The translations under genes were made by a program, and so were the position numbers. Shown piece after piece: positions 1 through 14,727 of a stretch of 64,000 bases of DNA (positions within the stretch are counted from its first letter, which is position 1; every line of letters starts with the position of its first letter). The notes beneath the pieces are model-generated. The model had not been told where the DNA came from. It saw only the letters and a list, made by a program, of their open reading frames with translations, and searched no databases. This DNA is from the human T2T-CHM13v2.0 reference genome, Homo sapiens. Where the stretch lies: NCBI RefSeq assembly GCF_009914755.1, contig NC_060944.1. One strand, 5' to 3'.

Positions 1-399
1 CCACATGTCCTACTGTCTCGTTTTAGTATAAAGCTTAATTTGTCCTTAAGAGTTGCACTCTGGGTAAGTTTCTCATGATTTTTACATAAGCAACATTAGA
101 GCATTAGAAATATATACTTGCCTAAAATCCCATCCAGCCCAGAGTTTGTGGGAAAGTGTGATAGTTACTTTTCAACCAAGCCCTCAAAGATCACAGAACA
201 TATTTTCTAAAAACTCTTTGCTTTAGATGAAATTAGCTAAAAAATGTCTTGAGAGAGAATTTTTTAATTTGTAGAGAATAATTAAGATGATATTTCAGGA
301 CAGCACAGTCCATATATTTGCCACTCACTTATGTAAAGCGATTAGAAAATTAGATTTCCTATTATCTGTTTGGGAAAATGAGGGAGATATTAATTGTAA

Positions 400-513
<114 letters not shown>

Positions 514-679
514 TGAAGTTCATCAGCGTGTCTTTTTTTAACATATTGATTGCAGCTTAATAAATAAGGAATTATGAAACGAAAGAGTTGTAGACAACTA
601 GAAATAAAAACAAAAAAGATCAAAGAAAGAAGTTTGTATACAATGTACAAGGTTATCAAATTATTATAGCATGGATTTT

Positions 680-1615
680 TTTAAAACCACTTTATTGAAG
701 TATAACTGATTGACTTGTTAAAAGCTATACGTATTTAATGTATACAACTTGATGAGCTTGGAGATAAGTATATATGCATGAAACCATCACAGCAATCTAT
801 TCCTGAACACTTCTACCATCTCCAGAAGTTTTCTCCTGCCCACTTAATTCATTATTATTATTATTTTGTAATAAGAACCACTTAACATAAGATCTACCCT
901 CTTAGCAAATTTTTAAGTATACAATACTGTATTATTAGCTGTAGCCACTGTACTATACTGTTGATCTTTAGGACTTATCCTGCATAACTGAAACTTTATA
1001 CCACCTTTTGGCTAATACCTCCACATTTTTCCCTCCCTGCAGTTCCTGACAACTAGAATTCCACTCTCTGCTTCTCTGAGTTTATTTTAGATTTGTCATA
1101 TAAGTAATATCATGTGGAATTTGTCTTTTTGTGCCTGCCTTAGCGTAATGTACTCTAGATTCACCCATGTTGTTGCAGATGGCAGGATTTCCATTTTAAG
1201 ACTGAATAATATTTCATTGTATGTGTACACCACATTTTCCTTGTCTATTCGTCCATTGATGGATATTTAGGTTGCCTCCATATCTTAGCTATTGTGAAGA
1301 ATGCTGCAGTGAAAATGGGAGTGCTGCTGTCTCTTTGAGATCCTGGTTTCAGTTCCTCTGGATATACACCCTGAAGTGGGATTGCTGGATCATATGAACA
1401 TTCTATTTTTAATTTGTTGAGGAACCATACTGTTTTCCACAGTGGCTGTACCAGTTTACATTTCCACCAACAGCATACAAGGGGATTCCCTTTTCTCCAC
1501 ATTCTCGCCAACACTTGTTTTCTTTTGGTTTTTTTGAAAATAACCATCCTACCTGGAATGAGGTGCTATCTCATTATGATTTTGATTTGCATTTCCCTGA
1601 TGATTGGTGATGTTG
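680..1615 (-). mobile_element. Old LINE-1 (L1M-type) 3' fragment
   Basis: ORF 1245-1547(-) resembles the L1 ORF2 C-terminus (WWKCKLVQPLWKTVW..YDPAIPL); flanking sequence is typical L1 3'UTR. Confidence 0.85.
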
Positions 1616-2732
1616 GGTGCTTTAGCAGGAGTTTTAATAGTATAATTAATTGCTATTTTACATTTATCTAGAGCAAAAAGAAAAATGGAGAAGTAGAGGC
1701 AATTAAATATTAATAAAGACCGTAATAGTAGGGCAGCAATATTAGATTGAAATAATGGAGTTAAATTGGCCAAAACAGTGTGGCCAAATAGCAGTTAAAA
1801 TATCCTAAATCATATGAGCTAATTAACGGAAATATGTTTCTAAGCAAAATGTAATACTTTATAATTGGGTTAAAATTTGTTTTACCTGCCCATACACAAG
1901 AAGGATAAAAAGAGAATAATCTGATTCTAAGAATGGTAACAATGTATTTGTATAGGCTTTGTAGTTTTCAAGGTTTGCTTACTTGTTTTTGGTTTATAAC
2001 TCTAAGAGTTCAACAGTTATTTTCTGTTTTACTAGTGGGATAAAATAGGCTCAAAGAGGTTATTCCTTAGTATCACACATCCAGTAAATGCAGGAGAAAG
2101 CTACCTGAATCTAGGCCTTTGACCCCAAATGCATTGACCCTGCATCTCTCTCATCACAGAGCTACCCTGAAACTTGATATTTTAAGTTCCTTTTAGTTAT
2201 GTGAGCTGATTCAAATTGCATATAAGATGAATTTATTCTAATATTGTTAGGTGATTGTTGTTGAAGTCAGTAAAGATGATTTATTTTAGCATTATCATTT
2301 TAAACTTCTAAAAGAGGGCAAGTCATTCTTAAAACTTCCAGGTTTTATATGCTTTGGTGTTTTAAAACAAATCACAGATATCTTAACGTTCCAAATACAT
2401 CAGTATGCATCTGAAAAGTAAGAAACTTTTCAGATAGCTAAACAACATCGCAATAATAAAGTTAGTAATACTTTCTTAATATTATCTAATAGCCAACATT
2501 CAAATTTCTTCATTTTTACTAAAATATTCTTCACAATTGGTAAAGAATTCACTCCAGGACTATATATCTGGTTTTAATTCCTTCAGTCTCTTTTAATCTG
2601 GAACAGTCCTTTTTTCTTTATGACACTAACTTGCTAAAGAAGAGACTATAGAATAGTCATGAGTAGACTTTTCTGGAACTAATTAGAAGAGACTTACTTA
2701 TCATTTACTGTCTTTGTTGTTTTCATCTTTTT

Positions 2733-2843
2733 TTTTTTTTAATTTAAAAAAACAAAACAAAACTGGGCACAAGGTATCACCATGTTACCCAGGCTGGTCT
2801 CGAACTCCTGGGCTCAAGTGATCCTCCTGCCTCGGCCTCTCAA
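2733..2843 (-). mobile_element. 5'-truncated Alu left monomer (FLAM-like) with TSD
   Basis: Alu text (ccaggctggtctcgaactcctgggctcaagtgatcctcctgcctcggcc), T tract, and direct repeat gttttcatcttttt at ~2719 and ~2844. Confidence 0.75.
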
Positions 2844-3725
2844 GTTTTCATCTTTTTAGGTCAAAGGTTGTAATACAATTTGACAGTAAAATGTATATTT
2901 TATTGGTAGATTAGCAAAGTTTATAATTTGTCTTGGGGACAGAATTACTCAAGGATTGATTTTTCTTTTTTTTTTTAATGTCTTGAAAGATTGATTCAGT
3001 GTTGCTTTGGCCAAAATCACCTTACCTATATAGAAAGAAAATTCATTGGGTTGCAAAAAGACCCCAACATGTAGCATCACAAATAACATGTAATATTAGA
3101 TGGGTTGGCCTATCCCTGGTGTGTAATGAGTAACTCGCCCCTCCATAGGAGCAGTTGCCAACTTTAGCATCTGCTGCCTGGCCAGAGGCTGTGAGGGCTT
3201 TGGCCCTGCCACAGTGCGGCCATTTATCACCATAGCCGAGAAGGACATTTGCAGCTGGCTTAGATTAATGGCTCTCCCAACGTCCTTCCCCACCCTGAAA
3301 AAAAATTATATCGGGGATTCCTGTCATGGGCCGAAGCTGTGTTCCTGCTTCTCCTCTGGGATTATCAGCCTTGACTATGCTGAAATTCCTTGTACTCTGG
3401 CCGGCCACACTTTTGTTCCCTATAAGAAGAGGAACTAAAGTGAAAGTCCCATAGCTGGTTGCTAAATTCTTAACTCCATGCAGCAGAGTACTCTTGGCCT
3501 CTCCTTCCACCCAGTGTCCCTATTGGTTTTCCAAGCATATATATTTTTTCAGCTCCTTTCTGTTAGCTTAGAAAGCTTGACCCAGTAATGGACCTTTAGG
3601 ACCAGATGTTATAGGGGGTAGCAGCATAGATTCCCAGAAAGCAGATTCTGAGCACACTGACCCCTTGGCTTTTCTCAGACCACTGCCAAGCAACAGGTCC
3701 CTTTACTAATCTTAGGCTATATGTG

Positions 3726-3774
3726 GGGGACTTCAACTCTTGGGTGTCTCGGGGACTTCAACTCTTGGGTGTCT
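3726..3774. repeat. 25-bp-period tandem duplication (ggggacttcaactcttgggtgtct x2)
   Basis: Identical 24-mers at 3726-3749 and 3751-3774. Confidence 0.95.
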
Positions 3775-3776
3775 GA

Positions 3777-4004
<228 letters not shown>

Positions 4005-4383
4005 TAAACCAAAAAGAAGTAAAAATAAGGAAATGGTGATAATTAATAGCTTCCACATGTAGGAAATGGTATGGCTCTTGTTAAAAAGGGAGCATGTTTC
4101 GTTCTTTTTAAATCTGTCCTTAATCTAGTAAGTGTAAGTAAAACCTCACTAACTTCTAGTATTAAAATATTGAAGATAGCTGTTTGTAATCCAGGACAGA
4201 AAATAGGTTTTTAGAATAGATTTTGATTCTCCTTTTCCTTGTCATTGTGTGTTTCTTCTGACAGTTTTATCTTAGCACTATGTCTATCTCTCTGGGGATG
4301 GGAAGTTTGCAAATTGAATGAAATAGTTTTGAGTATGCGGAGAATAGTTCACCTGAATACTTACAGTTCACCTACGTAAGTGA

Positions 4384-4617
<234 letters not shown>

Positions 4618-7347
4618 ACCACTGAATTTCTAAGACTGTTGAACTCCAGTTTGGGAACTATAACACAGCAGAACAGTTTGATAGGTGATCACTGTAAAAA
4701 TAAAAACAAATCACTCCCAAGAGCTTACTGTTTAATCACCAGAATAGAAGAAACACATTATAACCCATTTGATAGAAGACTTTGGGCTATCTAGTGAAAT
4801 GGGCTCCCAGACACAATCATACTCCTGCTGATAATGATGATATACATTTTAGCCATAAACTTTCTTTTAAAAGTGACAATTTTAGTTAAACATAAGCCTT
4901 TTGAGGAGAAAGGCTTTTATGCATCTCAGTTAAACACGTGCATTGGTAGTATCAACAAATTTGCAATATAGAAGTTGAAGATAGTTTTTTACCTCACTTT
5001 TTAGGAGGTTGTATTCAAAATTAAAATCTCAGAATCTTACAGGACATTTAAAGACTCATGTTGATAGCATGGAGGAGAAGGAAAGAAGTCACAGCCTTCT
5101 ACTCAGTTGTAGGTCTTCTTGTCATCCAGCTGTCACACTGACAAAAAGAAAAGATGATACATGTTTTTTGCTCAGATAAGAAGCCTGACATTAAAAGATG
5201 TCATATTTTTTTCTCCACATTTCAAAAAGTTGTCCTTCTCATCACTGCACAGATCTGTCTGAAAGCCTCAGTTTCTGAGTGACCCAGGAACAGATCAGAA
5301 ATGGAGCATGGCCTTGTCCTTTAATGGGGATGCAAATAAAGTTTGTGGGGTTAAAAGTTATAAGACAGCAGTGATACCCCACTCTCTCCATTATTGTCCA
5401 GCGGGGTGACATAATGACAGGTTAAATATTTGTGATTCATTGATTAAATATTATTTAAAGAAATGTAAATTCACAATAAGGGTTGAAAATTATTTGGTTT
5501 CATCCATTGTCTCTTATTTCAGGACCAAGCAGCAAACTGCAGTAGTTTGTGAAGGATTCTAATATGGGGTTCAGGAATAGCCTCTCAACGCTACTAATTC
5601 AGATCTCTCCCAGAGAACTACTGGATTTCCTCATAATTGACAAACATGAGTGACCACCTCTTTGGGTGGCTACTGTTAGAAATGGCTGTTGTCATGTTTT
5701 CTGGACTTTGCCAGCCAACAGATCCCTGCCAGGTTTTGGAAATACTTCTATTACCTCGCTGCTACTTTTCTGCAGGGATAAAACTTTTGAGGTGGCCAGA
5801 CCCAGAACATCCAAGGATTCCTGTTACAGTGCTACAGTATACACTGCTCATTTATCCTATTCTCATGTGCTTTCTTCTTTAGTAAGATTATTTTAAGAAA
5901 ATAAGTGATATTTAAAGTCCAAAGAGGAATGATCACAGTTGTATAAGGGGTGTTTTCCCACTTGAACTCTGATGTCAGTCGACTGTGGGTCAGAGCTACA
6001 ACCATCTGTTTGGTTTGATGTTTTGGTGGTTTACTTACGGAGTGGGGATAGTGTGAGACCTAATTCCCTGTGCAAATGTCTCTTATTCCAGAAATGTGCA
6101 TTTTGTCATCTATAAGCAAGAAATATGGGCATAGCAGCTCTTGGTTTAAAGTTTGCCATAACCTGTTCATGTTTGTTTTAAGCTCAGGTAAAGATAACCT
6201 CCTCTTTCTATGACTCCAGTTTCCATTCAGGTTATAGTATTATTCAATAGTTGATTTTCTTTTTAAGCTGGGCAATAAATTGATGTTTCCAGATGGTAAC
6301 ATGGGAGAGGGCATATAGGATAAAGATGAGCAAATTCTACCCTAAAAATGTTCTAGTAGTTCACAGGAAGAAGATGAGGTTTAATAACTTTCAAGGTAAT
6401 TCTAGATTGACATTTTGAGGGGAAAATGGGCTCTTGTTCTAGTTGAAGTGAGCAGAGAAGGCTATAAATTAATATGTAACTTACAGCATTCCAGAGGTTA
6501 AAAATAACTGATGCAGATGTACTTCTTCAGTGTGATTCTTCAGATCAAACTTTTACTTTTGGCATAGTTAATTTCAGAAAAATGTGCTGTATGTGTGTGT
6601 GTATGAGGGTTGGTCTTGCTGATCCTTCAGTTAGCTCTAAATTCTGGCAACTCCTTGTAATTCCAATGTATTTGATACATGAACAATCATGTTGAATGCA
6701 TTTGTGATCTGGGAGACTTCCTCGTCTTCCAGGGAAGGAAGGATGTGCAGCCCCTGAAGGCATGAAACTCCCAGTGTGTACGGAGCCAGTGGAATATGGG
6801 ATACCCATACCTTACCAGGCGCTGGTTCCTTCTGCTCACAATAACATCTGCCCAAAGAGGGAGTGGGAAGAACGCTTAGCTCTTTCACTAGTATGGATTT
6901 GAGTTCATGGTCACTATTTTTACCCACCTGCCTTTGTTAAAAATCACTTTGAGTAGAATAGCACTGGAGGAACATATTTAGCACCTAATATTAATATTTA
7001 GTAGTCCATTGATAAATTTGCCAGCATATGTTCTAGCCTCTGGGGGGAAACCAGGACCACTTTTGTCTGTGGCTTAAACAGTTCAGTTGCTATATCTGTT
7101 GGGTATGCCGGGGGTGGATGAGTGTGGCATTCCGTGAAGAGGAAGGTGGTAAGTAAGGTTTCCCTTCTACTGCCTTCTTAAGTTGCAGGAGGGAGCTTTT
7201 CTCCTCCCCTCTGGTTGGGAGCACTGAGGACAGTGAGGAGGGCTTTTACCTTGTTAATCCTTTCCTTATTTAGCTAGCTTTCCTTTTTGTCTAGGGCTTC
7301 CTCTTGAGACCCTCTTCCATCCATTGGGCCTTTGAAAGGACTAATCA

Positions 7348-7386
<39 letters not shown>

Positions 7387-8510
7387 GCATACTCATGCAC
7401 ATTTTCCTTCATTTCCAGATCCTTTATTTCAGAGCAGCCCATTTTCCTCTGGATTCATTGATGAATACAAGTACCCACACCTTTGGCCAGTAATGTCAGT
7501 TACCTGCTGCAGGTTCTGTGTATGAGGCCTTCATGAACGGTTACCTTCTCCATACACTAGGGAAGCATTTGTCAGACTCTGCAGACTGGGTTCTAGAGAG
7601 GCAGAGTCTTTAAGAGTATTCATTTCTTCTGGAAGGTGGAGCTTTACCCAAAGTGGAAGTTAGCCTTGCTCAAAGATGTGTTTTGTGGTAGGTGGTAAAA
7701 ATAAATAAATAAATAAATAATAAAAAAAGAAACATGTATTGGAGGTAATTTGACACTGCTGCTGGCAGTAGTTCTCTATTCACCATTTTAAAGCCCATTC
7801 AGGTTCTCTCTTCCTGAAAAGAACTGATTGCTGTGTTTACATGAAATGACATTGGAGTCAGATGGTCTGTTTTAAAGATTTCCATGACAGCCTCTTTTCC
7901 TGAGTTGGAGAGATTGGAGGTGGTCTATCCGTACGATGTGGAATCAAACGGTGGGTTTCTTAGTAGCTAAAGAAGCCATGTACTTCTAGTGTGTTTCTCA
8001 GAATATCAACTCATGTTCTTCAGATGCTTTTCTTTTTTTAATGGTGAGGGAAAAGGTATAATTTGGGATTCCACAGTGCCTTGCATATAGTAGGCGCCCA
8101 GTAAATACTTGTTGAAGCAAACCAAGTTTCCCAAGTCCTCATCTCTTATAGTGACCAAGACATCTTTCTCCTCTGAAGGGCTTGGCAGTTGTGGCTAAAA
8201 AATAAGCAGTATCATTATTTGCTTGAAATCATATATACAGTTTGTATGAATTTCAGTATGTTGCCAAGACATGATTTTTTCTTATTGTATTTTCTGTAAA
8301 TATTTCTGGCACTGAACTGTAAAGTAAAGGCAAAGTGTAAATATGAAGGCGTGCCCGTGCCCCTTGCCTCCTGTGTTTCATCTTCGTCGGTTAGGGAAGA
8401 AGGTCCAGAGGTTTGTTTGTATTTATGCCGATCCTTTGTCCAGAAGAAGCCCATGGAATATTGAATGTAATACATTTAGTCAATTAAATTTTAAGGAGAT
8501 TCTTATCTAA
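4618..8510 (+). other. RALGAPB: RALGAPB long 3'UTR
   Basis: AT-rich, essentially transposon-free sequence after the stop; several AATAAA (~4699, ~5335, ~6275, ~7700) and a distal ATTAAA followed by a GT-rich element. End is approximate. Confidence 0.75.
7349..7384. repeat. (CA)n microsatellite in the RALGAPB 3'UTR
   Basis: About 17-18 uninterrupted AC units. Confidence 0.95.
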
Positions 8511-8530
8511 TAACTTTGTGTGTGCTTTTG
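8483..8530 (+). terminator. RALGAPB: Probable distal polyadenylation signal of RALGAPB (ATTAAA plus downstream GU-rich element)
   Basis: ATTAAA at 8483-8488, then ctttgtgtgtgcttttg about 26-42 nt downstream. Confidence 0.6.
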
Positions 8531-10902
8531 GATACAGGCTGAGGCTTTACTCCTACACTGGTGCTGTTAATTTTACCCTTTCAGGGGATGTCTGCTCGGC
8601 TTTGGCTGCCCTTTATAATTTAGATCTGTAGTTTAAATGAACATTAAATGAGTATTTCATGAAATACTCAAAGTTTGATTAATTTTAAGAAAAGTATTTG
8701 GCCTTCTCTGCTGGAAGGAGCTTGTATAATTAAAACACTGCCAATAGAGGCTCACCTTTCAGGGGCTGCGAATTGCTGAGGAGATAGATGCTTATGTTAC
8801 GGGAGCAAGAAAGTGCCAGCTGTGCCCTCTGCTTGCAGAAAATTTGAGCCCTAGTAGGACTAGACAGTCAGGAAAGGGGGGAGGTGCAGAGATCATCCCC
8901 TGCCGCCCACTGCCCCCTTTGTGAAGGGCATCTTGGAGCCAGATGAGTGCCTTCAGGCCTGGATCACACATAGTGGAGTGAATGGACCACTTGAAACAAT
9001 CATGAGAACCATTGTGGCCATGCCTCTGCCAAGAGCTGCTGACGTGTGCCCTCTGAACTGTGCCTGGGAGCTGCCTACCTTGCACTGTGTGTTCTGCCTG
9101 CTCTGCCCACGCACAACAGGACCTCCAGCTGGGCCTAGTGGCCAGAGACGCTGACTGCACAGTAGCCCTGTTTTGGTGTCTGGAAAGGTTTTGTAGCCAG
9201 AAAAAAAATGTGTGCTCAAGCCTTTCCCAGCTATGCTGCTCAGCTCTCTCTCTGACCGCAGCCCCTTCAGGACCCAGTTCCAGGGAATCACCCCCAACCC
9301 AGACCACCTGCTCCTCCTTCTCTTGGCCTCTGGGCCCTGCATCAGGAGCACCCTGCCAGAGCACTGCTCCTCTTGGACACTCATTCTAGTCCATTTTCCC
9401 AGACTTCCTCTTGTAGGAATTCTGGCCTTCCCACAGCTGGGCTAGGACTCTTGAAACCATGCCCCAGCTCTCCCAGCCCCTCCCATGCTCTTATTTTTTC
9501 CTGTTGCTGGCCCCATGCGCCCTTCTCCTTGAATCAGTGTCTTTTCCTATAAGGGGGTTTTCTACTCCATGTTTTTCCCTAAGTTTACCACCCCCTTCCT
9601 GCAGCTGCTCCCCCGCCTGGACCTGGTTTGCCTTTTCAACAGGTGCTTTTAAGTCATGAGATGCTGTAGTCTCAAAATCAAGCCTGCATCAGAATCATTC
9701 TAGTTGCTTATCAGTGTGTTGAATCCCAAGCCACACCCCCACCCCCAAGAGGTCTGAGGAGACGAAGGTGAGCCTGGGAATTGGCATGTTTAATAAATAC
9801 ACTCCAGCACCCACCCACCTGCTGGCAGTCACAGGCAGGTGGTCCAAGGGTCCTCTTGGAGAATACCATGCAGCAGCCACTCCAGTGGGAAGCCCGAAGC
9901 CTCCTTTCTGCCATGGTCTGGCACATGGAGGTTTACTGAATACTTGATGAGTGAACGGATGACAGATAGGAGAAGATGAGGATGACATGTGGAAATGTTC
10001 TGGCCACTCAGGAGATAAAGGAACAAGATTCAAGTCGTTAGAAGCCCCTCACTGAAAACCCTAATAAGGAGAGGCACAAGCTTTCAGATTAAGTAATAAT
10101 CATTTATAGTCATTTAATCTAGTAATAATTAGAATAATCTACTATGTGTTAGATTTTAAAAGTTTTCAGTGGCAGCCCAGTGACCAATCCAGCCTGGCAG
10201 ACGTTTTGTTTAGCCAACAGTGCTTTGACAAGGTCTGATCCGACATTTTAAACTTGGGAGATTTCACAGAAATCCAGACTTTTTGCCTGTCTTGGGAAAG
10301 TTAGGAGTCCTGCAATAATGGACCTGCATTTCACTTGTAGCAGTTATTGGTTGGAGCTGCCATCACTGCATGCTTAGGATGCAGTAAGCTGCATCCAGTT
10401 TGCCGCAGTCCCCAGCACCCCCACCAAGTGTGGACGTGGGCACCCACAGCTGGTATTACAGGACCTGGGGACCCAGCTGGCTCCTGGAGGGGGTCTGTGA
10501 CTTCAGATATATGAGCACCGATCCTGGGGGTAATTTTTGTCCCATCTATTTTTCTAACTTAACAGAATTATCTCCATCTTACAAGAAAAAGGGTCAGAGG
10601 GGTGTCATGAACCCAATAGCTACTGGACTGAGATTCAAGCCCAGGCCTGCCTGGAAACCTGGGCTTTTTAATTCTCAGCCAGACTGTCTGTCTCACTGCC
10701 TCACTTCCCACCCTTTCATCCAGAACAGCTCTCCCTCAAAGTGTCCCCTGCATGCTTTGCCTGAAGTACACTGTGACTTCTTTGTTATGTCACAGCTTAG
10801 TCACAGTTGGGCTGAGAGCAGAGCATGGCCCAGCCTGCCAGGTCCCATGGGGCAGCCCTGCCAGCCCAGCCCAGGCTGGCCCAGCTTAGCCACACATGCG
10901 CC

Positions 10903-11026
10903 ATGAAGTACCCTTTGATGCCGCTGGTGAACGACCTCACATTTTCTTTCCTGGTTTTCTGGTTCTGCCTCCCTGTGGGTTTGCTGTTGTTATTGATCAT
11001 CTGGCTACGCTTCTTACTTAGCCAAG
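10903..11026 (+). CDS. ADIG: Adipogenin coding exon 1, [41 protein letters not shown] (hydrophobic/TM segment)
   Basis: gcgccATGa start, recognised adipogenin N-terminus, donor caag|gtgagc at 11027, phase 1. Confidence 0.96.
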
Positions 11027-11207
11027 GTGAGCTTCTTACCCCGTCCAGGCAGGACCCTAATCCTGGAGCTAGGCAGGGGGCCAAATAGGCCAGTGTGTCC
11101 TGAAACAACTGCAGAAGGGGCTTCCTTCAGTCATTTTAAGTGCTCGCTTAGATACAAGCAGTCAACTCTTAAGTGGAAAGGATTGGTTTGGTTGTTTAGG
11201 GTTTCTT

Positions 11208-11326
11208 AACCTAGAGTTCGAGAGTGAGTCCTAGAGTTTGAACCTAGAGTTCGAGAGTGAGTCCTAGAGTTTGAACCTAGAGTTCGAGAGTGAGTCCTAG
11301 AGTTTGAACCTAGAGTTCGAGAGTGA
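11208..11326. repeat. Perfect 33-bp minisatellite, 3.6 copies (aacctagagttcgagagtgagtcctagagtttg)
   Basis: Identical units at 11208, 11241, 11274 and a partial unit at 11307. Confidence 0.97.
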
Positions 11327-11763
11327 TCTTTTGAACAAATCAGAGGTTATCGCTCCAGGCAGATGAACTTCCAGGTGCCCCTTTCAGCTGGGGTGCAAGG
11401 CTCTGTGAGCAGAGCGTGGGCTGGATTTCAGCCCCGCTCACCCTCTCAATTGGCTGCTTTTGTGCAGTAAACAGCTTGCACGATGGGATACAGCAGCCTT
11501 AGGCATTTTTCAGATACCTGCAGACCACTCACTGTTTCTGCCTAAGCCATGTATCAGAAAGGATCTGGCTGCTTTGGGAGACAGGCTCATGGAAGCCAGC
11601 TGACATTCACCCTGACCTCAGCATGCCACCAAGAGGAGCAAGAGGTGGGACGAAGCTGGCTGTGGAGGAAGCTGGGGGTGGCTGGATCAGGATATGGCCT
11701 GGCTGTGTGGCAGGAGTGGGACTTCTGCTCCTCTGGCATGTGTCTCCCTGAGCATCCCCTTCA

Positions 11764-12078
<315 letters not shown>

Positions 12079-12448
12079 CTACCTCCTGCTGCTGAGTGCC
12101 ATGACCTTTGGCAAGCTAGGCAGGGAGGGCGCAGCACATGCCGCCAGCAATGGTCAGATGTTGTTGAGGCAGGGTGAGAAGTCCCTCCCCACACCCCTGC
12201 TAGCCCCATGATCTCAAATGTAGGGGCTTATAATTATGTAATTATTGGGAGTTCCTGGCAAGAACTTGGGATGTCCTTTTGTTTCTAAAAAGTGTTTATT
12301 TAAAGTATATTCTCCTCATAGTCCTAGGGTAGACCACAGCCCTCCCTGAGGGGCACGGTTTAGGCATTGGGCCCCACAGCTGGTAGGGAGTCAGCCTTGT
12401 TTGCATACTGGCGATAAAAGTTGTCTCTCTGGAGTCTGGAAGATATGA

Positions 12449-12860
<412 letters not shown>

Positions 12861-14358
12861 TAATCTTATGTAATCCTCATAATAACCCTGCTTAATAATA
12901 CTTAATAATATCACAATTGGGGAAACTGAGGCTAGGAGAGGAGAAGCAACCTGTCCAAGGTCATACATCTGTGAACTACTTAAGAGAGCCAATTGTCTGC
13001 CTTCAAATCCTGACTCTGCCACCTACCAGCTGCATGACTGTGGACACCTCTCTGAGCCTTGCTTTTCTCATCTACAAAATGGAGACAACACTAGTACCTG
13101 CCCCTTGGGGTTGTGACAGGCTTCAGTGGTCGATGCATATCGGGTACTTACAGGGCAGGGCACACAGTACGCATACACACCTGGCACATCGTAGGTTCCT
13201 GTAGGCTGAGAAAATAGTCCAGCCAATGCTGGTTTTGTCAATGTGGGAGGAAATGCAGGTGGTGTGGCTTTGGATGCCTTCTCCAGAGAGGAGACATTTC
13301 TCCTACCACCCAGGCCAAGGCCTGCAGCATGAGTCTCCTCCAGCATTCACTCTGCTTGGAGGCCCAACTCCAAAACCATCCACAACCTACCCCACTCCAA
13401 CCCCTCCGCAGACTTTCTCCTGAGAGGCTGTTTACTGGTGTCATGTGGCGTTTTGAAATAAGTCATTTGTTAATTTTGCAACGAAGAGAAACCGTCCTTA
13501 AAGTGAGGTGGGCATTCCTCCCTCAGGTTCTCCGTCTTCTAAAACTCCCAGTATTATTGTGCGTGTTTTGCCCTTGTGCTGGGAACTGACCCAATGTCAG
13601 GGTTTGGGGGGCTAAGGGGTCAGGACACCCAGACCTGCAGTTTTCTATTCTGCTGCAGATCCCTTTATTGGAATCAGTTTGCCTGAAATCCAGTTTGAAA
13701 AGCAGACAGGAGTAGCTCTGCCGCCTCCTCCCCACCACCCCCCAACACTCCTGCTGGCTCCTCAGGGCAGTTTCAGGCCTCAGAATACAGAGGGTTAAGC
13801 GTGGAATACCCGACAGGATGCACTTTCCCAAGTCGAAGGAGGAGCAAATGGGGAGGAAAGGAGAGCTGCCTGATGAAACTGGCACTGAGGCAAAAATGAT
13901 AATGGGCAGCTCAACTCCTGCAGAAGCTGGTCAGTGGGGACAGTGCTACTGTCTGGCCATGACATGGCCATAAGGTGGAGGAAGCCACACACACCCTTCA
14001 AGGGGAAGATGCCCTGCTGCCGGCATTTTCCTTTTGCGATTTGAAAGGAGTTTGCAGAAGGATGAAGGGAAACCTCCAAAGAGATGGGTTTGGGGCTGAA
14101 ACAGAAGAGTGGCGCAACAACCCCTCATGGTGGGTCTTGGAGCAAGATGTTCAATTCAAAGCTGCCTTTAAATCCTCTGAGTCCAAACACACCCAATGGA
14201 ACCGTGGAGTGGGGAGGCTGAATTTGCATCCAGTAGCACCACTCCCTGGCTGTGAGCCTGGACAAGTGATTTCACCATCCTCATCTGTAAAGTACAAAAA
14301 ATACTAGTAATTGACTTCAGGAAGGTGTTAAGAGGATCAGATGAGAAAATGAATGTAA

Positions 14359-14727
<369 letters not shown>

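Noticed and set aside
8792-9445. Cluster of overlapping ORFs between RALGAPB and ADIG
   Set aside because: GC-rich sequence open in several frames on both strands; no recognisable domain or exon structure.
10587-10768. PPAR response element in the ADIG promoter
   Set aside because: ADIG is regarded as a PPARG target, but the candidates (gggtcagaggggt in MIR-like sequence; CAGGCAAAGCATG on the minus strand) are weak DR1 matches that I cannot call from sequence alone.
11208-11326. CRISPR-like array (33-bp repeats)
   Set aside because: Units are directly adjacent with no unique spacers, there are no cas genes and the context is a human intron; it is a minisatellite.
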